Shown: piece by piece, positions 1 through 13,200 of the stretch | Numbering within the stretch: position 1 is the stretch's first letter | Layout of the letters: each line of letters starts with the position of its first letter | NCBI GenBank assembly: GCA_964276515.1 | Contig: OZ193909.1 | Coordinates: 8,680,001 to 8,744,000, forward strand | DNA length: 64,000 nucleotides | Source: Gordius albopunctatus | Taxonomy: Eukaryota | Direction of reading: 5' to 3' | Notes under the pieces: model-generated | What the model was told of the DNA's origin: nothing | Databases searched by the model: none | What the model saw: only the letters and a program-made list of their open reading frames with translations | Program-made: the position numbers and the translations under genes

Positions 1-2902
1 GCTTATCCATCATGCCAGTCGTGGGGTTGATGAGCCCGCTTTGGTGGGCCGTAGTTGAACCTGGGGGCTTCCGATTCGTAGATTCGAAAACGGTGAGAAA
101 GCGTTGGGCAGCCTGCTTTTCGATGATGTAGTATTCGGATGAGGGATGGTTGGAGTGGCCCGCGCTAGAGCTGGTTAAGATAAAACTAGGTTCGGCACCC
201 GAGCACTGAGGCGAGTCAAACCTATTTTGGGCGTTAACGGGGCCCGAGGAGGATGACTTAGAGGATGAATTAGAAGGGGACGACGTCACTGAAGAGTAGC
301 TAGCCTTACTACTTCCGCCACTCGTAGTAGAGGGTGCGTTGACAAAAGATTTACAGTTCGAATCTTGCTCCGAAGGTTTTTCGGAAGCGGTTGAACCAGC
401 CACTTCGGAACCATTGTTATCTCGAACATTTTTATTGCCACTCAGGTCATTGCGATTAAGGGCGTGGTCGTTAGTCGAGCTCGAAGCATTGGGCGTTCCC
501 GAAGTGTTGGGGGACTGTATATTTTTAGTATACACATCATTAAAAAACTGCATATATCACAATACAATCAGTCTTTTTACCAAAGTTTGAATTTATTTTA
601 AAAGTAAAAAGTATCCTAGTTTTTAAAGAACATAAAATACAACCCTAAGGTTTCTTACTCCCCTACGATTATTTTATATTAAAAAAAGTTAACTTTAAAC
701 ACCTAGCCACTAATGTTTCCTAAATATGGTTAAAAACTCCTTTTTTATCTTCCAACCTTAAAAACAAACGTTGCCAAGAAGAGTGTAGAGAAGCGAGCCC
801 CTTGAATCTAATAAAAAGTTTCATAATATTGGATTTTTAATACATCTTTTTAATTTTATCACCTCGCCGTCTTTATGATCGGGTAGTTGTTGCTGTTGCT
901 CTTGTTGCAATTTTTTGAGTCTATTCATTTCGACCAACCGCTTTCGACGTTCTATCTTAAGCAATCGCTCAGACGTACGCTTTTGTTCTTCGTTCCGAAT
1001 AAAGTTGATGGAGTCAGCAGGGCGAGGGGCAGTACCATCATTTTGGTTGGAGGGTAGGTAATGTTGGTCATAGTGAGATGAAAATGCGTTTGAGGCAGCG
1101 GCTGCGGCGGCTATCATCTCCATGTCCCGATCGTTATTAACGGTCCACAACAGTCGATTTTCCAATTGGTGCGATTCCTTGTCAGGGCCAACTGACCGAG
1201 CCGATTTGTTAATCTTGCTGGCTTTAGAGTTATTTGACTTGCAAGTTGGTGTGCTGGTCTTACCCTTTTTACCGTTTGCAACAGTTATTTTAGCCGGGGC
1301 AACCTGGGGTTCGGGCGGAATTGCATCGAACCCGAAGCAGAGCGTTTGGCAGGAAACGCTCACATTATTCTCCGCCGCTAATGAAGCAAAGTTAGGAGGC
1401 GAGCCTTTGGCAAACGTCTCGAAATCGCAGTCTACGGTTCTACTGTGCTGATGGGCGCCACCGAGATCCAACGTTTTGTTTTGATCGAACGATGATTTGT
1501 AGTATTCCCTTTCATTGAGGGTAGCTTGTCTCCGACCCGGCTGAGGCTTTGGCTTGCGAACGTGTTGTAGAGCTTGATTGGAAATTGTATTATCTCCTTC
1601 CCCCGCATACGATAGCTCCTGCGTTGCAACACCAATTAATGTAGGGACTGGTTTTGTTTCGGTATTTTTTAGATTTGTATAACTCTCCTCTTGCTGGTGA
1701 CTAGGTTGATCGGTATTAGTTAAATCGTTGTTGGGCTGAATATCAAAGACCAACTCGGCGGGACCATTTGTCGCGTTAACTTGAGATCGAGCTTCGTCAT
1801 TAGGTGGAAGACCGTTGGTGATCTTGGGATTGTCTGGGTTCATTACAAGCAATGAATTCTGTAAACGGTTTTTGAGTCTGTGCTTCTCTATATTTTCCCG
1901 TAGAGCAGCTAATTTCGCTGTGTAAAACAATACTTATTAATAATCATTTTAATCGCCTTTTTAAATTCGTTTCTTTTATAAAAATGGCTAAAACGTGATC
2001 CCTGATAAAACTTCCCAACAATTTGTTTGAATCTAATTTCAATTAGGAAGCTTAAATATTACCTAATTTGTAGAAATTCAGGTTTTGGAAAAAATGTTTA
2101 CAAAAATAAAACTAATATATAGATACGAAAATAGTAAACTTTTGGAGGTCTCGGTTGCAGCAACTTCCGTATTCACATCCTTCTGAGTTGTAAGGGGCTC
2201 TACAACATATTCCTTTTGCTTTAAGGGGGGACTAGAAGGCAATGAACGATATTGTTCTGCCCAGTCACCCTTGCACTTTTCGATCGGTTGACCAGGGGTA
2301 GGGAGGGGAAATTGTGCCTCCTTGTCCGATGATTTCCTTTCCTCTTCCCCAATATCACAGGGATAAATGTAAGTATCGCCGCTACCAAACTTGTTGCCGC
2401 ATACATTATGAAAACGATCGCCATCATTGTCCAAAACCACAGTGACTGATCCATCGACCACGTAATCAACGCGCTGCAAATTGGCGAGAGGATCTCGGTC
2501 GTTGTTAAATCCATCCGCCGAAGCTAAGGTGATATTTTGAGAGTTTTCCACGGGATTTCGGGGCACGCAGGCTGAATAAGGCAGGGTCGGGTCTATATTC
2601 AATATCAAGTCACCCGTCATCATGTAAGTTTCGAATCGGGGGGCGGCGTGATGTGTTGTGGTGGTCGCTTTAGCTTTTGTGCCTTCGATACCATTACACG
2701 AATACCCATCGAAGTCGTATTGATTCGATTGCTGGTGCTGGTGTTTGGAAGAGATGGCATTAAATTTGGGAATTCCGCTAGGAACTACCATTGCACTCCC
2801 CTTACTGTCTGAGATTGAGGGAACTTTGCTTTTTTTGTTGGTGTGGCTGTGAGTTTTATTAAAGCCACCACGAATGCCCCTAGAACAAATAGTTGTGTCC
2901 AT
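1..2902 (-). CDS. Efa6: Efa6/PSD-like Arf6 GEF, 5' part (exons 2140-2902, 863-1917, <1-514; continues beyond the window's left edge)
   Basis: Exon 1 encodes APRFETYMMTGDLILNI, nearly identical to the N-terminal microtubule-elimination motif (MTED) of fly Efa6 / worm EFA-6 as I recall it. GT-AG introns 1918-2139 (phase 1) and 515-862 (phase 0) join three long open frames in phase. The Sec7/PH domains are not in the window, so identity rests on this motif. Confidence 0.75.
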
Positions 2903-5900
2903 GGCTAGGTTCAGATTCTCGAATCCGATTGAATAATCTGTCGTTGGATAGATTTAAACGTCAAATAAAGTGATTAAAAAACGGTAAAATACTCTAAAGT
3001 CGTTAACGGTTATATAATAGCTTATTTAAAACGAACTCCTTTTGATGTTCTATCAAAGGCTTCGATAACAAATTTTTTACTGTGTTATACATAAATAAGG
3101 GAAGGGAGGGAATAAACCCTAGAAAAATCACCGTGAAATCGATCCAGTCGTGAAAATAGTCGGTAAATGATTTAATAAAAAGCGCGTTTTTGTCAGAAAA
3201 CAGGCCAGGAATGAAGCATGATTTATTAGCGTGCGTTGCATTAGAGAGTTAATTTGTATGATGGGTACTGCTCGCTACGCTAGGTTAAAAGAAAAGTTTT
3301 TCCTTGCTTCGTAACCTCACCCCCATACCAATACATCCCATATGGTGTTACATGATAGTTCTTGTGAATAAAGGAGGGAAGGAAAAAATGTTTTCAGGTA
3401 AAATTACCTAAATGCTTAATGATGTGCGATGTGAGTGATGGAGTGAGTGGGAAAAATGCTTTAGATAAAGTTCGTGGCCAGAGATCTTTCAAGAATTTCT
3501 GTCAATCGAGGCTATTATTATATCAGTACAAGCAAGACCTAGTTCTTCCTAAACTTGATCAGTCAGTGCATTATTAATTGCTATGTAATTTATGGGTCAT
3601 TACTTCCTAAACCTTTATATGTACTATACTTTGATGCGTCAAAAATAAAATTCAAAAATAAGGGTTAAAATGCGTCTGAAATAATAATTTCATATTTTTG
3701 CTCTAAAATAAAACAAAAAAATCCATTGAATTAACTGATGGAAGTTGTGTGCACCACGGGCGTAACCAGAATTTCAATTAGAGGGGGGGGGGCTTTTCAG
3801 ACTTTTAACATCAATTTTAATGCATTTTTGGATTTGGGAGGGGAGGGGGGTAATCTTTGCCCGTTCCTACGCCCCCCTGGCTACACCCATCTCTTATGAT
3901 AAGGATCGCTTCGGGAATTACAAGATATTAACAATATAAAGCTACAGAAATTTTGTCTCGACTTAGTACAAAATTGGAAATAGCCAGCACAAGATTTATT
4001 AATGGCATAAAAACTATTTTATCAATATCATAGATTGGATTATATTTATGAATGTTACATAGAGAAAGTGTCTCGAGCACTTTATAATTAGTAATTAAAA
4101 GTGAAACCAAAAAAATTTAAACAAAGACTAATGCAAATTGTTGGAAATATAATAAAAGAACCTTGATCCGTCATTAACGAAATATAGGGATTGATGGGCA
4201 AAACATTAAGTTTTTAAGGGTTTTTGCATTAAAATTTTTTTCGTAATTCAGGGGTGGCCCCTGCCCCCCCCCCCTGACTACGCCAATGAATATGGTATTA
4301 AAAACACCTACTAAAAACTCCTCCAGTTGTGACTTTCAATTTATTCAATACTTTCTTATCAACAAAGCAAGGGACTTGCAACTGTATTTTATAGCGTTTA
4401 TGCAAAAAATAACACTCATCATGCGAAACACGCATCAGGGATATCTTTGTATTTTATATGTAATATTGCCAATTTTTAGTCTGACTAATTAAATCATGAG
4501 GTTTTATCATATGGGATGGGGCCGAGGATACAAAACTTTAAGCGACCATCTGCTGAATAGAGTTTAGGCCAAAGTATAAATGAAATTAGTTTACTCCTCT
4601 TGAAAAAAGCATTTTTCCCATATTCATTTATTATGGAAATAATTAAAAATATAAATATATTAATTTTAAACTAAAAATTGTACATGTTTATAGAGAAATT
4701 AGTTACATAAATTGGATATACATAAAATATAATTATTTTATCTAATAACATATATTCGCAAGCACATTTAACAAACTTCTTATTGATTATAATACAACTT
4801 AAAGGTTAAAACATAAATAACTATTATTGCCATCTTTAGCTAGTTTGCCGTGGCTCCGGTGGGTTACCTAATCAGACACATTTTCATAAATGCTATTTTA
4901 AAGGTTTTTTAAAACGTATAAATGTATAATTTGATTAACTGTATAAAGGATAAGGGCAGATCGAAAAAATTATACTGCGGCGGTAACTTCTTAAATTAAT
5001 AAGCAAAAAAGCTGTTTAAAGAACAAAGACTGTCGTCCACTTTGACAAAAAATGTTATGGCAAATATTATTTCATACCCGTGCAAAGAATAACTGGATAA
5101 CCTTAATAAAGGCTTATAAAGACTGGACCTAAATCTAAAGTTTGTTAAAATATCTATTATGTATAAATCGTGTATGATCTTTAGAGGCCCGACCGTATCA
5201 TGAATTTACATTCCGCTAATATCAATCTTATCTCTAATGTGAGAGATTAGATTAAGTTAAGGCGCTACATTTCCCATGAATCACGGTTCAATTTATGAGG
5301 TCAGGCATCTAAAATAGTCGAGCCTTAATTTTTTTGACTAACATTTAAGAAATGCATGATTAATATTCTAAACTACGCATACACACCCTAAATTTAACAG
5401 AGTTAGTGCAGAAATTTTAATCGCGTTTCAGCATTAAGTCATTTTAAGGAAAAATTTATATAGGTGTGGGATGGGATAGGTTTCGGTTAAAAATAAACGG
5501 GTTTTTAATTTTCCTCTACCATTTTTTCGTCTTAATAATATTGTAAAGCATAGTGCTACAGGTTAAGATAGCAAATAATATATAAGATTGCTTCAAATAC
5601 GCATGATATTTAAAAATAATTTAGAAAATAAAGAACCGTGGTCAGGGAAGGCGAGGAATGGTAGCGCCTTCCTTCCCCATAAAATAATATTTTTTAACAC
5701 ATGCCATACTATATTATAAAAATTAATTCATATTTTTAAGATAAGCTTTTTACTCTGTTGACGCACACTACATTATTGATAAAGTTTTTTCTACTCAAAG
5801 AGGCCTCTCCTTATATTTTAACACTTTTCATCCTCTAATATATGCATCTTCAAAATATATTCAAATCCTTGTTCTGGTAGCCTATTTTTGGAAATAGAGC

Positions 5901-7746
5901 ACAAAATATTTCAGCCTCGCTTTGCAAAATGTAGCAGGTATGCCTTGCCTTTTTTAAAAAAAGCCTAGTGTCTCATTGAAATAAAGTACAGGATAAACGG
6001 ACGGTTGGTAAATTGAAAAAAGCTTTTAAATATAGTGATGTCCATATATACACTAGGAATAAAATTACAATAGTTAAAAATGGAAATGAAAAACGAATTT
6101 TCGACAAAACAAACGTCCTTGGTTTTTAACCACTTGCAGGTTATTAGTCAACCATTGTTATTTGGATAGTCATTATTTAATATGATGTGCTCGATAAATA
6201 ACTAAAAATGCTCAATAGATTGGAAAAGCTCGCCCATAATATATAATTGCGTTTTAAAAATAATATGAATCGACAAAATTGAAACAATTAAATAGCATTA
6301 AGAACAAAACTTAACAAATGTACTAAAACGAAGTAAATATTTAAAATACAAAACATTAAATAAAATAATGAGTTAGTGGTCATTTCAATTTCTAATGAGC
6401 GGAAATCAAATAAAATATTTGGCGCAACAACTTGTTCTGTTATTGAACTTTCACAACTCCTTATGTATTCAAATGATGAGCTCCAACAAGAGCGAAAACG
6501 TTATATATATCTGTTATCATTTTTGAGTCACGTGCTAAAAAAGATGGGGAAACATATAGTCAAATTAGTCTCTAATTAAAAATTGACTATAGATGGCGCT
6601 AATTAGATATACTTTTAATTTAATTGCGGAACTCCAAAAAGGGGTTATTATTATCTTATCAAAAATCCTTATGTATTGATTTACATCCACATTATTTGCT
6701 GTAATAAATAATAAAAAAAAATAACCTCACCTGCAAGCTGAAGGAAAAGGGGAGGCTAATATCACAAAATTATCACATTTGTTTAAACAAAAAATTGAAA
6801 CATTTATGTGCCCGTCTATGATTTTAATAAATAAAAAAGTTAGCGGAAAGGCAATAAAAATGCATTATAATTTAAACACTTAATCAAGACATCCAATTAG
6901 ACATCCTGCTAGCGTTTTAAAAATATTAGAGTAAGTTTTGTATAGTAACCTTCAAGTTAGACATGATTTGTTATAAATGACACATACATGATGAGACTTC
7001 CTCTAACTTACGTCTAAAATAACTTAAATAAAGTTAAGGTAACATTTAGTCGTTTATAATAATTGTATTTAATTATATTAAATTCTATAATAATTGAATG
7101 GGACAAAATCTTAAAACTAACTAGTAGAAAAAATTAAAAAAATCAATAATTTCCATATTGAGACTTATCCTTAGTATAATTATTAATTGAAGATAATTAA
7201 TTAAATATAAGTTTTAGAACGCTGAAACAAGATGGTTGCTGAAATACATCACCTACAAGTTTGACTGGCAGTGTCACAAAGGGGGTTTGGGGGTGGAGCT
7301 CGCGCATTCTCCCATAAAAATAAATTAGGCGACGGCAAGCGCGGTGTCCCACGTCGCAAAAATATCACCTTAGCGCGATGTGGGTCGAAAGGTTAATCAA
7401 TTCCCTCCTTCTTAAGTGCAAGCAAACACTCTAAAGTTACGAGCACGCCTAGTCTCTTCGGTTTAATTGAGTTCAACAATGTATTTTAAAAAACTTTAGA
7501 AAAGCGTAATCTAATTGATCCTTTCTTAAGGGGAGAGACCAAGGCCTTGCTTTAAACATAAAAGGTAATCATTGTTGAGACTTGAGAGAGAAAAACACAT
7601 AAGTCTTCCAAAATTAAATAATTTATTTGAATTAAGAGGTGTGAGCACAATTTTGATAGAAGTAATAGTATTTGCGAACAAAATGAAATATAATGGAAAA
7701 CAACGTTGAAGAAAAAGGGGGTTTGGTGCGCCGATTCGCATTAAAA

Positions 7747-10209
7747 TTATGCCATTTTGGCGACAGGCCTCAAGCCATTTTGTAGTTTAGCTTTGAGGTC
7801 GCGTTTATCGATCCCAAAAATATGAATATGCGGAGCACGGCTATCAATAGTGACACCGTTCACGGTCGCTCTCTTGGGGTGATAGTTTGAAGCATTAGAT
7901 GGTGGTGGTGGCGACGTCTTGTAGGTGCCGGTTGACTTAACATCGTTAACTTTGTTGTCGAAACTTTTGATATTATTACCCCCACACTGCGTAGAAGGGG
8001 GTAGGGGAGGAGCCTTAGGCGGAGTGGTTGTGGTAGGACTTACAACGCCCTCGTCCCCGTAATCTATTTTAGGTTCTGGGGGTGGACCGTTGGGGCCATG
8101 CATTGGCTGTTTCCCTCCTAGGGCTCCGTCCGTGTACCTGCGATAGCTATCGTTCGCCAAACGAGGCATGCTCCCGTAAATGTCGTAGTGCGAACTTATG
8201 CCCTCCCGGATGGAATAGGCAAAACTTTTTTCGTTGAGCGTCATGTTCCTCTTATAGATGCCGCGCGAGTTGGGAGCCGGCAAATTGGTCGACAACGACA
8301 CCTTAATGTCAAATGCTCGGTCTCGAGCCTCGATTGATGATGATCCGCCTAAAATTTTGTCAGGGGTCCTGGCTTTACTAGGCATCAAATCCTGGCTAGG
8401 CTGGTTAGAGAGTGGGCCGAACAGTGACAGAGTAGACGAGGGTTGTACCCGTTTACGCGCCGTGGTTGAGTAGTGATAGCCAACGCCATCGTTGAATTGT
8501 GGCCGATATATATGAACAGCCTGCGGCAAGGCCATCATAGAGTTGGCGAGTGACGAAGAGTTTATGAATGCTTGATGCTGTTGTTGCATGTCGGCGGCTT
8601 GGGCTAATTTCTTATTTTTCCTATCCTTTTTCTTCAATTTACTAACACTACCCTTCCCATAAATAGGTTCGGGTGGTCGATTGATGGGCACGTAGATTAT
8701 TTCGGGTTCCGCGTATGTTTTGTACTCCCTCCCACAGGTATTCAAAGATTCTCCCCACGATTTGAATTGGTACCGAACAACGGATGCCGTCATGGCCTCA
8801 TTTAAATTCTGCAATTGCCCGGGAATTGTTCCAAGCGGGGAGGCATAAATTTTGTTGGAGGTAATCCCTCTCCTTAAGCTGGTAAAACCGTTTGGGCGGC
8901 TCATCACTGAGGCGGGACGTGATAGGTACGCAGGCCCCTGAACGTAAGAGGTGCCGTAGTAAGGCAAATTATGTTGGGGGGCATGTAAAAAGCTAATTTC
9001 GTCGCAATCCTTGTATATCGAGGAAGAACGATAATGACCGTTGGCAACCGGGTCCGTAGTAAGAGGTGAAAACATGATGGGCGAGCTTTCGTAACACGAG
9101 TATTTGGTCGCGGTTTCTTGGCTTTTTAAGCCATCCCGAAACATACTTCCAGCTTCGGGAGATTCCGAAGAAGGGAATGGGGACGAGGCGCTCTCGCTGT
9201 ATAAAAAAGAAGAAGACGACGACCCCAATCTAGAAGCTTCACCAGCCAGGTGATCGCGTCGAGAGATGTGCAATTCATTTTCCAAGGCGCGTTCGATGCA
9301 CCCGGCCGCGCTTAAATCTTGACGTTGTAACATCATAGAAGCTCTACGGTTGGGCGACGAAGTCGACTTTGCTGGCTCCGAATGCGCACTGTTATTTGCC
9401 ACCAAACTTCGATCGGATGGCGATTGAATATTAGAAAATAAGGGGGAAGCGTTATAAAACGATGAGGGCGGTGAGCCTTGATCGCGGGGCGGTGGCAGAG
9501 GGGGAACCTTACCAGCAGGTGTGGTGCCTGTTTGATTCGAACACTCCTCATTACGGTCTAAGACGCCATTTGCCAGCGACCCCAAATTTTGTGATTCCCT
9601 TGATGCTTGGGCCTGGCCTGGGCTAAACAATTTTCGACAATCCAAAAAAGCTTCTTTAGCCCGAACGCAAAATTCGAGGGCTGCGTCAGGTGTTTTACAG
9701 ACGAAGGCGTGACACTCTAGCACTTTGAGGCCATGGGTGCGGCGCATGACGCATACGAAGAGGGGAGGGTAATCGAAACGAGTGGGGTGATCCATGAAGT
9801 AGGGTGAATCGATGGGCAGGTAACGGGGTGGCGTCGAATCATCTTCATCGCAACTAGCCCTTTCAGAGCCACAAGCATCGGGCGAGGGGGCGTAACGGAC
9901 GGCAGCACAAAAGTGGAGACTAGCAATGGGGTGAAATATTTTGGGGGGCGCTCCTTTGGGAGGAACGTCCACGTATTCTACCAACATACCGTTACTCCAA
10001 ACGCTGCACCAACAATCCACGCCCCTCATGCGAGAAGGGGCAGCACCTTGCATTCCTTCTCCTCCCCCTTCGTCTGTTTGGGTAGCGGAGACACCGAAAA
10101 CGAGCTCGTCCAAAGGTTGCTGGATACCACGTAACCCATCTTTGGTCAGGGTGGGAAGGGCTGTGCCCAAGTAAAGGACACGACATTTTGTGAGAGGAGA
10201 TGGCGTCAT
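7747..10209 (-). CDS. Intronless 820-aa protein with N-terminal PTB/PID-like domain and long Pro/Ser-rich tail (uncharacterised invertebrate family)
   Basis: Long GC-richer ORF. Motifs CRVLYLG..P, SVWSNGML, HPIASLHFCAAVRY and PPLFVCVMRRTHGLKVLECHAFVCK are typical of phosphotyrosine-interaction domains. Confidence 0.85.
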   Translation of the reverse strand: MTPSPLTKCRVLYLGTALPTLTKDGLRGIQQPLDELVFGVSATQTDEGGGEGMQGAAPSRMRGVDCWCSVWSNGMLVEYVDVPPKGAPPKIFHPIASLHFCAAVRYAPSPDACGSERASCDEDDSTPPRYLPIDSPYFMDHPTRFDYPPLFVCVMRRTHGLKVLECHAFVCKTPDAALEFCVRAKEAFLDCRKLFSPGQAQASRESQNLGSLANGVLDRNEECSNQTGTTPAGKVPPLPPPRDQGSPPSSFYNASPLFSNIQSPSDRSLVANNSAHSEPAKSTSSPNRRASMMLQRQDLSAAGCIERALENELHISRRDHLAGEASRLGSSSSSFLYSESASSPFPSSESPEAGSMFRDGLKSQETATKYSCYESSPIMFSPLTTDPVANGHYRSSSIYKDCDEISFLHAPQHNLPYYGTSYVQGPAYLSRPASVMSRPNGFTSLRRGITSNKIYASPLGTIPGQLQNLNEAMTASVVRYQFKSWGESLNTCGREYKTYAEPEIIYVPINRPPEPIYGKGSVSKLKKKDRKNKKLAQAADMQQQHQAFINSSSLANSMMALPQAVHIYRPQFNDGVGYHYSTTARKRVQPSSTLSLFGPLSNQPSQDLMPSKARTPDKILGGSSSIEARDRAFDIKVSLSTNLPAPNSRGIYKRNMTLNEKSFAYSIREGISSHYDIYGSMPRLANDSYRRYTDGALGGKQPMHGPNGPPPEPKIDYGDEGVVSPTTTTPPKAPPLPPSTQCGGNNIKSFDNKVNDVKSTGTYKTSPPPPSNASNYHPKRATVNGVTIDSRAPHIHIFGIDKRDLKAKLQNGLRPVAKMA

Positions 10210-13200
10210 TTTTATGATAGATGGATGATAATCGGGTGAGGAATATCAAGGAATATGTACATAATGTTTGAATGATATATTTTCATCCGACGATAATTTT
10301 TGAAGTTCCACAGTTACCAAAGATTCACAATGGAAATTTTTCGAACGAATTATGCTTAAAACGACAATTTAACGGTGTCGCACGAGAATATACAAATTCG
10401 CTATTGTTGAAAGAAAAGGAAAATAAATGAACAAAACGTAAGGTGAGGGGGGGGGGAGAAAAGGGCTCATACATTTTGCAATATAATAATAACCAACGGT
10501 GGTAGGTAGGCAAGGTAGTAAAGTAGAACGTGGTAGGGGGTAAAGGTAAAAATAATGCTCCCGTCTCTTTTCATTTGTTTACAAAACTTACAAACAACTA
10601 TTCCCTTTCATCACGCACACACACATAACAGAACAGCTCGTAAAGCGCATTAATATGCCCCGTGTTGTAAGCATATGGTTGTAATGTAAGAGGGTCGCTG
10701 CGGGCGGCGGGTATATAAATAAGGTATTTTACAACATTTTAATAAAAACATTATGTTAAAAATGATAAAAATCAATTTAATTTTGATTTATAAATATATC
10801 TTGGCAGCGTCCTTAAAAATTAAAAAAAATCGGGTGGGGTTAGGGTTGAAACCCAGGGGTTTGCGGGTTGCCATATGCCTTAAAATGGCTAAAAATGCAA
10901 GCTAGACACGGGCCTTGATAGGTGAAACAAGTCGGGTTTTTAACTCTTTTTGAAGTTTAGCATATCACTCATAAAAGTCCAATCCATTGTACAAAAAATT
11001 TGGTTTTATTTATGGTATAACGGGGTTTATTGGAACCCATTTCCTACCACCTTTATCAATGCGATGGACCATTAATAAACCCAAATTTCTTTTGAATATC
11101 AAAACGAGGGAATACACTTTCTACTTCAAAGGTAGATGAAATTCTAATTTTAAAGAATTATAATATTTGATCCAACACACTCAAATATTTATAAATATGT
11201 AAATTTCAATTCAGATGTGTTATGGTGGAAAGAACGTCGTACTTTGTCAGTTCTTCTTACCACCAGCGCCACTAATGAGCGCATTTGATTACCTTATTCT
11301 TAAACGACAATATTAAATTATGATTTTGCATAAAAAACACTAGTTTATGTGTGGTTACAATTCGTTACATTAGTAGCAATACAGCGTATTTATTACATAA
11401 AGAAATAATTTTAACGATGGGGCTTTTTGTCGGCTTGTTTTTCGTAGGCGCCGAACTGGTGAGGCCCAATTTCAAGGTGATATCTTGCGCTGAATGGGAC
11501 CCGAAAAAAATATATTAGTGAGAGTATGGGCTGGACCTTAACTTTATTCGGTCGATCCAAATCTCTTTTCTGATTTTTCCTCATTTTTATAAAGAATAGT
11601 AAACAAAATCTAATTGTTTTTGTTAAACTGCTGTATTTAAAAAAATTCTCATAATAAAATTTAATGTTTGGTATTGGTTTAAAGCTTAAATTGGGTTCAG
11701 GGTGAGATTTTCGAGACTAGTTTGGGTTCTATAATAAATCAGCGAATCGGGGCTCGTCCATATAATTTAGGGTTCTATCTTTAAAGTTTTTTTACCGGCG
11801 GGCCGATTAAGCTTAAAAGTCACGTTGCAAGTCTCTACTCTGATGCGTACCAATTTTGTCGTAGTTTAAATTTTCATTTATATTCCTTAATAGATAAGGG
11901 CATGCGTTCGTAAGGGAGGATAAGAGGAGGCAATTATCCTACATATTGACCCTCCCCCATCCCTACTTCAAAAGGAAAAATCGGAATCAATGGCATTTAT
12001 ATTGCAAATTCTGATTAACAAATCTTACCATTCCCCCAAAATAAATTTCCAGAATGAAACCTGCTGAATAAGGTATACAAATTGTTAGAAAAATATAATA
12101 AAATACAATAAAACAATGTTTTCAAATTATTCAACTATAATAAACTTTAACGAAATTTTTATACCTTTAGGGAAAATATATTTTTTAACTAATTTATAGA
12201 AAAAATACTATTTAACACGAATAATCAAAGTACAATGCATTAAACCCCTAAATCAAATGTTGCGTGAAGCCGACTCAAATAAATTTTAATAATAAAAGTA
12301 TTTTTTAGGTTTAAATTAAAATATGATAATAATTTCACTTAATATTTTTACAATCTAAATTTTTCACAAGTATCTTATTTCACGTGAACTTATTCATAAT
12401 AGCTTATATAAAAAGTAGGGATTAAATCACCAATCTATATTTAAAAAACGAAAATTTGATTTAAGTCGCATTTCAAAAACATATGTCTAGTCAATTAAGA
12501 AAAGGCTGAGGGGAAAAATAATTACTTTAAGTCTCAAAAATTCACCTTAATTGCAACTTGCTCTTGTCGAGCAACAAATTAGATGGCAACGAGGTCTGTT
12601 TTTTATGGTGATGATTGGATTAAGTTGCAATAAGATTTTTAACGAGAGCGATATGCCTACGCCCAGCCTGATGGGATTCCAAAGAGCTGAAGAGAACGTC
12701 AAATTACACCAACTGTAATATATGAGAAATGTGTTTAATTCAATAATGCCCTTTCCCTTATTTAGTAATTGAAAGAAATTAAAATTCCTCTTCATTTCCT
12801 ATTTGGATACTTCGCTTTTATAATGTTTTTACATCGAATAAACAAAATTTTAATGCAAAAATCTGATCAAAGGCTTATTAAACTTAATGCCTTGTGTTCT
12901 TTGGCGTAGCCAGGATTTGGACTAAGGCGAAAAAAAAATTGAGTGCAAAAAATTTTTAGAATATTTTAAATTTTTTGCTCTCCGATGAATGCTCTGAGAC
13001 CTGCAGGGGTGGTTTGAGACCGGCGATTTTCTGGGCCGGGCGCGGGCCTTGAATATCATAGACTTTCAAATCGGGGCAGACCAAATCTATTATTTATAAA
13101 ATAGGCCCGGTCTAATATTCATTCTTTTCGCGCTTTTATTTATCTACTGCCCATTTCGTGTTATATGCATTAAAAAAAGAAACCTACTTCTTATAGATAA

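Noticed and set aside
339..1451. Plus-strand ORFs 339-590 and 1122-1451 (likewise 8258-8473 and 9913-10174)
   Set aside because: Antisense shadows of GC-richer minus-strand coding exons.
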